A stretch of 64,000 bases of DNA from an uncultured Acidimicrobiia bacterium (GTDB lineage: Bacteria > Acidobacteriota > Terriglobia > Versatilivoradales > Versatilivoraceae). The notes beneath the pieces were generated by a model, which worked only from the letters and a program-made list of their open reading frames with translations, was not told the DNA's origin and made no database searches. A program made the translations under genes and the position numbers. Location of the stretch: assembly GCA_963786955.1 (NCBI GenBank), contig CAWBAT010000002.1:1-64000 (forward strand), in the 5' to 3' direction. This document shows, one piece after another, positions 59,465 through 64,000 of the stretch (within the stretch, counting starts at the first letter, position 1; each line of letters starts with the position of its first letter).

Positions 59465-60430
59465 ATGACAACCAAGGTCCTACAGCTGTGTACGGCTCTA
59501 TTGGCGGTCATTCTGGCCGTAGGAATCCCCTTCGTGGACGGCTATCAGTCCCAAACCAAGTTCTTGGATAACCCGCAGGACAAAGCCGAATCGGGTTCTG
59601 ACAACCTGGTTGTTCACGTCGACCTGGTCAATGTTTTATTTACGGTCAGCAATCGAAATAGCAAACTGGTGACTGATCTGGAAATGCAGAATCTGAAGAT
59701 CTTTGAAGACAACAAACCGCAAACGATTACGAACTTCACCCGGGAAACCGAGCTTCCTTTGACGATTGCCGTTCTCATCGATACCAGCACCAGCATTCGA
59801 GATCGGTTTAAATTCGAACAAGAAGCTGCCATTAGCTTTCTCTACAGGACCCTTCGTCCCCAAAAAGATAAAGCGCTCCTGATTACCTTCGACTCGGCTA
59901 TTGAGTTGGTTCAGGACTATACGGATAATCCGGAACTACTGGCTAAGGCGATCCGTCAAGTGCAATCAGGTGGAGGAACTAAAATGTTTGATGCCATTTA
60001 CCTGGCTTGCCTAGAGAAACTCAAGGCGGAAAACGGCAGAAAAGTTCTGATCTTGATTAGCGACGGTGACGACAACCTAAGTCTGGAGACCCTCAAAGGG
60101 ACGTTGGAGATGGCTCAAAAATCGGATGTGACCATCTTTGCAGTAAGCACGAACTCCAGCGGATTTTACGGCACCGCTGCTCCCAAAGTAGATAGGGTTC
60201 TTAAACAACTTGCTGAAGACACAGGCGGCCGAGCTTTTTTCCCGTTCAAGGCTGAAGACCTTTCTGCCAGCTTTCAAGTTATTAGCGCAGAGCTGCGAAG
60301 TCAATATTCGCTGGCTTATCGTTCATCGAATCCGGCTCGCGACGGTTCTTTCCGCTCGATTAAAATCGAAACGGACCGGAAGAATCTCAAAGTCAAATCC
60401 CGCAAAGGGTACTACGCCGCTCGGGGGTAA
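59465..60430 (+). CDS. VWA-domain protein (acidobacterial type)
   Basis: Signal peptide, MIDAS DTSTS, LILISDGDDN, TGGRAFF and ELRSQYSLAY. GGAGG RBS. Confidence 0.9.
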   Translation: MTTKVLQLCTALLAVILAVGIPFVDGYQSQTKFLDNPQDKAESGSDNLVVHVDLVNVLFTVSNRNSKLVTDLEMQNLKIFEDNKPQTITNFTRETELPLTIAVLIDTSTSIRDRFKFEQEAAISFLYRTLRPQKDKALLITFDSAIELVQDYTDNPELLAKAIRQVQSGGGTKMFDAIYLACLEKLKAENGRKVLILISDGDDNLSLETLKGTLEMAQKSDVTIFAVSTNSSGFYGTAAPKVDRVLKQLAEDTGGRAFFPFKAEDLSASFQVISAELRSQYSLAYRSSNPARDGSFRSIKIETDRKNLKVKSRKGYYAARG

Positions 60431-60464
60431 AGATCGACCCTCCTCCATAGTTAGGAAGCCCCTC

Positions 60465-61151
60465 TCATTTGCCATCCACCGTGAAATCGTCAAAGTGAAT
60501 GATTGAATCCGCTTTGGTCCAGAGGCCGACTTTGCCGGCTTCAGTAAAGGTGTTGTCCTCGACTTCGTAAAGCTTCTGATCATTGAACGAAACCGTGAAG
60601 AGATTCCCTATCACTTTTACACTGAGCTTGTTCCAGATATTTCCGGGAACCTTTGTCTTCATGCCATAGGTTTTCACCGGTGTCCCTTTCGGGGCCAGCG
60701 AGGTGCGCTTGCCGTTTTTCACCTTGTAGAGGACCACATTGTCTTCCAGTGCATTGGCCCGGACAATATAGTAGTTGTTGGCATCCCGATACCGCCACAC
60801 CAAACCGGCTCCCTGGTCTTCCTTCCCTGAAATCGTCTTGAACCGGACAGACATGTCGGGGTCTTTGTAGGTCGTGTTGTTGGCGATGGCCAAAGGAAAC
60901 CGGTAGTCCGTAGTGTCTGCTGACAACTGTGCGATGACATTGGGTTTCGAGGGGGCAGTGGCATCCACGATGACTTGCCACTCCCCCTTGGCACCCTGGC
61001 CGGTAAACTCGGAAAGCCATCCTGCAGGCAATGCCTGAGTTTTGTCCTTGTCGAAGTTCCAGGTTTTGGATTCGGCTAGAGCGTTTTGGCCGACCATGAA
61101 GAGGTAAGCCAGCAGGATCAAAAGAGGGACCGTTCGGTTCTGTGTCGTCAT
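60465..61151 (-). CDS. Secreted DUF1080-like (3-keto-disaccharide hydrolase-like) protein
   Basis: DQGAGLVWRYRDANNYYIVRANALE and GKVGLWTKADS. AGGAG RBS. Confidence 0.78.
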   Translation of the reverse strand: MTTQNRTVPLLILLAYLFMVGQNALAESKTWNFDKDKTQALPAGWLSEFTGQGAKGEWQVIVDATAPSKPNVIAQLSADTTDYRFPLAIANNTTYKDPDMSVRFKTISGKEDQGAGLVWRYRDANNYYIVRANALEDNVVLYKVKNGKRTSLAPKGTPVKTYGMKTKVPGNIWNKLSVKVIGNLFTVSFNDQKLYEVEDNTFTEAGKVGLWTKADSIIHFDDFTVDGK

Positions 61152-61685
61152 ATATGTGCGATCTCCTTTTGCCACTTGCCAAGCTAAGGGCTCCGTATCA
61201 TAAATAAATGAACACAACTTCGAGCTGCTAGCGAAGACTGGTGGAGCGGGCGCGTGGGACCGCTGTCCCCCGGCGCACGCTTGAGCGCACGCGTTCCATA
61301 TAGACAGAAAGTGGGGTGCTCTCCTGAAAAAACGATGCTCGCAGGATGGATCAGGAATAACCTTGCAGCGATTATAAGAGCTTTTCAATTTTTTTCGTCT
61401 TTTTCTCATGATTGCATTGTAGAGTTAGAAAGCTTACCTGTAGGGACAAAGAGGACTTTGCCAATGGAAACGGCATTGCAAGAAGAAAACTAAAACTACC
61501 TCAAGCGGAGCAGGTTGCTGAAAAACTCGCTGTAGCCGGGCTCGACGAGGCCGGAAGCATTGTAACCCTTGGTTTATCCGTGGTCCTCGACCACGGCTAC
61601 AAATGATTTCTCCAGGTCTTATAAGATTGTTAGCATCCAGTTTGAACTGAGTGGAGTTTTCTTGAATCAAAGACGACGGATTACT

Positions 61686-63125
61686 ATGCCCTTCAATTTT
61701 CGCTGTTGCCGAAGCATAACGCGATTCCTGTGTGTTGCACTTACACTCTCGCCATTAGGGCCAATAGGGGTGATAGGACAAAACAACCCCGTCTCTACGG
61801 AAAAGAATGAAACTATTTCACTGACACTTGACCAGGCGGTTGAGTTTGCACTCAGCCATTATCCTGCGATTCGGGTAGCTATCGCCCAAGCTTCTGCTGC
61901 TAATTCGGGAGTGGGCTTGGCCCACACGGCTTATCTTCCTCGCACGGACCTGGTCTGGCAAGCAAATCGGGCGACGCGAAACAATGTTTTCGGCCTCTAC
62001 TTTCCACAAGCGGTTCCATTGCCCATTTCCGGACCCGTTTTGGGGACCAACAATGGGACCAACGTATGGGGAACGGCCACCGGCTTCCTTTTTGGGTGGG
62101 AGCCGTTTGACTTCGGGTTAAGGAAGGCCAGAGTAAACACGGCCAGAGCCCAAGAGAATCAAGCGAAAGCCATCCTGGATGTCACACGATTCGACGTGAG
62201 CGTTGCGGCGGGCGATGCTTTTCTCACCTTGCTGGCATCCGAGCAAGCCGTTCGAGTTGCTCAAGCGAGCGTGGAGAGGGCCCGGGTGCTGGCCAATACG
62301 ATAGACGTATTGGTCAAAAATGAATTACGCCCTGGCGCTGATGCCTCGCGCGCGCGAGCTGAGTTGGCGACTGCCGAAACTGAACTCATTCGAGCCCAAG
62401 AGAACGAAGAGGTCAACCGTTCAACCTTGGCGCAACTTCTAGGGATTGCCGGAACCAAGGTCGTTATACAGGAAGGCCCGCTTCTTCAACTCCCGCCATC
62501 TAGTGCAATGCCACGACCTGTCGTCTTCACAACCCACCCTCTCGCTATTGCCCAATCGTCAGTAATTGACGAAGTGAAAGCCCGCCAGACAGAATTGAGC
62601 AGGTCTTACGCCCCCCGTTTTGATTTTCAGGCCGCTACTTTTGCGAGAGGCTCCGGTGCTGAAACGAACGGCGAGGTATTAGGAGGGCTCAACGGTCTTT
62701 CGCCCAATATTATCAACTGGGCCGTTGGATTTACGGCAAAGTTCCAGCTTTTTGACATAGCATCCATACGCAGTCGGAAGGAGATTGAAAAGAATCATGA
62801 GCTAGCCGAGACGGCTCGGTTTGATCAAGTAGTGCAAAACCTGACGGCCCAGTATGAAAAGGCTAAGGCGGAAATCGAGGGAGCCCGGCGCGTCGCGGAA
62901 AACACGCCCATTCAGCTGGAGGCTGCTAGAGTGACGGAGGAACAAGTTCGGGCGCGTTACCAGGCAGGACTCGCCACGGTTGTCGACGTCGCCGATGCCG
63001 AAAGGTTGTTGGCACAAGCGGAGAGCGAGGATTCGCTCGCGCGGCTGCGCGTGTGGCGTGCGCTACTCGCCGTGGCCGCATCTCAAGGGGACCTTGCACC
63101 TTTTCTGGAAGCAATTCGCAAGTAG
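61686..63125 (+). CDS. TolC family outer membrane efflux protein
   Basis: [16 protein letters not shown] and [16 protein letters not shown]. Confidence 0.9.
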   Translation: MPFNFRCCRSITRFLCVALTLSPLGPIGVIGQNNPVSTEKNETISLTLDQAVEFALSHYPAIRVAIAQASAANSGVGLAHTAYLPRTDLVWQANRATRNNVFGLYFPQAVPLPISGPVLGTNNGTNVWGTATGFLFGWEPFDFGLRKARVNTARAQENQAKAILDVTRFDVSVAAGDAFLTLLASEQAVRVAQASVERARVLANTIDVLVKNELRPGADASRARAELATAETELIRAQENEEVNRSTLAQLLGIAGTKVVIQEGPLLQLPPSSAMPRPVVFTTHPLAIAQSSVIDEVKARQTELSRSYAPRFDFQAATFARGSGAETNGEVLGGLNGLSPNIINWAVGFTAKFQLFDIASIRSRKEIEKNHELAETARFDQVVQNLTAQYEKAKAEIEGARRVAENTPIQLEAARVTEEQVRARYQAGLATVVDVADAERLLAQAESEDSLARLRVWRALLAVAASQGDLAPFLEAIRK

Positions 63126-63139
63126 ATCAAGGAGCTTGT

Positions 63140-64000
63140 ATGTGGCTTGTGTTGATGGCATTGAAGCGGCCGATCATGGTTCTGGTCGCGGTCATGTCGA
63201 TTGCTCTTTGTTCTCTCCTGGCAATTCGCCAGATGAAGGTGGACATCTTCCCGAAATTGGGTGCGCCCGCAATCTACGTCGCTCAGCCTTTTGGTGGTAT
63301 GGATCCTTCTCAGATGGAAGGTTACCTGACCTACTATTATGAGTACCACTTCCTTTACATCACCGGCATCGAGCATGTCGAGTCCAAGAATATTCAGGGC
63401 GTCGCTCTGATGAAACTAGTCTTTCACCCGGATACCGACATGAGCCAGGCCATGGCAGAAGTGGTTGGGTACGTGAATCGGGCGCGGGCGTTCATGCCGC
63501 CTGGCGCCGTGCCTCCCTTCATCATGCGATATGACGCCGGAAGCGTTCCCGTGGCTCAACTGGTATTTTCCAGCGAGACCCGCAGCCCTGGAGAGATGCA
63601 GGACATTGCTCTCAACCGCGTCAGGCCGATCTTCGCCACCTTGCCCGGTGTGTCTGCGCCTCCTCCCTTTGGGGGCAACCAGAGGAGTATCGTGGTGCGA
63701 GTAGACCCCGAACGAATGAGGGCGTACCGGCTCTCACCGGAAGAAGTGATCGCAAAGGTCAACCGGGCGACAACAGTCCTCCCGTCAGGAAGCATACGAA
63801 CCGGCGACCTCCTTCGGTTTGCGTCGACCAATGCAGCTCTGGGCGGAAATATCGCTGAACTCCTGGATACGCCGCTTCGCTGGGGCCCCGGCCCCACGGT
63901 CTATCTGCGAGATATTGGGACCATTGCCGACAGTACCGATGTCGTCGTGGGTTATGCCCACGTGGATGGCCGGCGCACTGTTTATATTCCCGTCACGAAA
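63140..64000 (+). CDS. RND efflux permease subunit (partial, runs off window)
   Basis: Read directly: [12 protein letters not shown]...VDIFPKL...[10 protein letters not shown]...[23 protein letters not shown]. Confidence 0.9.
   Translation, partial: MWLVLMALKRPIMVLVAVMSIALCSLLAIRQMKVDIFPKLGAPAIYVAQPFGGMDPSQMEGYLTYYYEYHFLYITGIEHVESKNIQGVALMKLVFHPDTDMSQAMAEVVGYVNRARAFMPPGAVPPFIMRYDAGSVPVAQLVFSSETRSPGEMQDIALNRVRPIFATLPGVSAPPPFGGNQRSIVVRVDPERMRAYRLSPEEVIAKVNRATTVLPSGSIRTGDLLRFASTNAALGGNIAELLDTPLRWGPGPTVYLRDIGTIADSTDVVVGYAHVDGRRTVYIPVTK

Noticed and set aside
61509-61530. AGCAGGTTGCTGAAAAACTC resembling an IS5/IS1182-type end
   Set aside because: No partner inverted repeat or transposase was seen; too short to call.
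1-64000. CRISPR array, prophage or tRNA-anchored island
   Set aside because: No regularly spaced direct repeats, phage structural genes, intact integrase or duplicated tRNA 3' end were seen.

Overview
A mostly chromosomal bacterial segment, probably Acidobacteriota (inferred from the acidobacterial-type VWA protein, PilZ type and secretin/pseudopilin set). It contains about 45 CDSs and one tRNA-Ala(CGC). Recognisable genes are typA, iorA/iorB-like molybdoenzyme subunits, pxpB/pxpC, selD, an NtrC-type two-component pair, moeA/moaC, thiG, a secretin with two pseudopilins, a WcaJ-type sugar transferase, a GAF-PP2C phosphatase, queC, amtB, three large glycoside-hydrolase-like genes and the start of a TolC/RND operon. 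The left end (about 230-3650) and about 59.1-59.3 kb carry decayed transposase fragments, and several intergenic regions hold REP/MITE-like repeats. No CRISPR array, rRNA, prophage or intact transposase was seen. Best leads: (1) a radical SAM gene resembling archaeal GDGT ring synthases, a candidate branched-GDGT lipid-modifying enzyme; (2) a twin-hexaloop ANTAR-like RNA in the amtB leader; (3) a DnaA-box cluster far from any dnaA gene; (4) signalling proteins lacking catalytic outputs (His-less HisKA plus PilZ; CHASE-GAF only); (5) a TIR-bounded MITE carrying REP palindromes. All family calls come from reading motifs by eye, not from searches.
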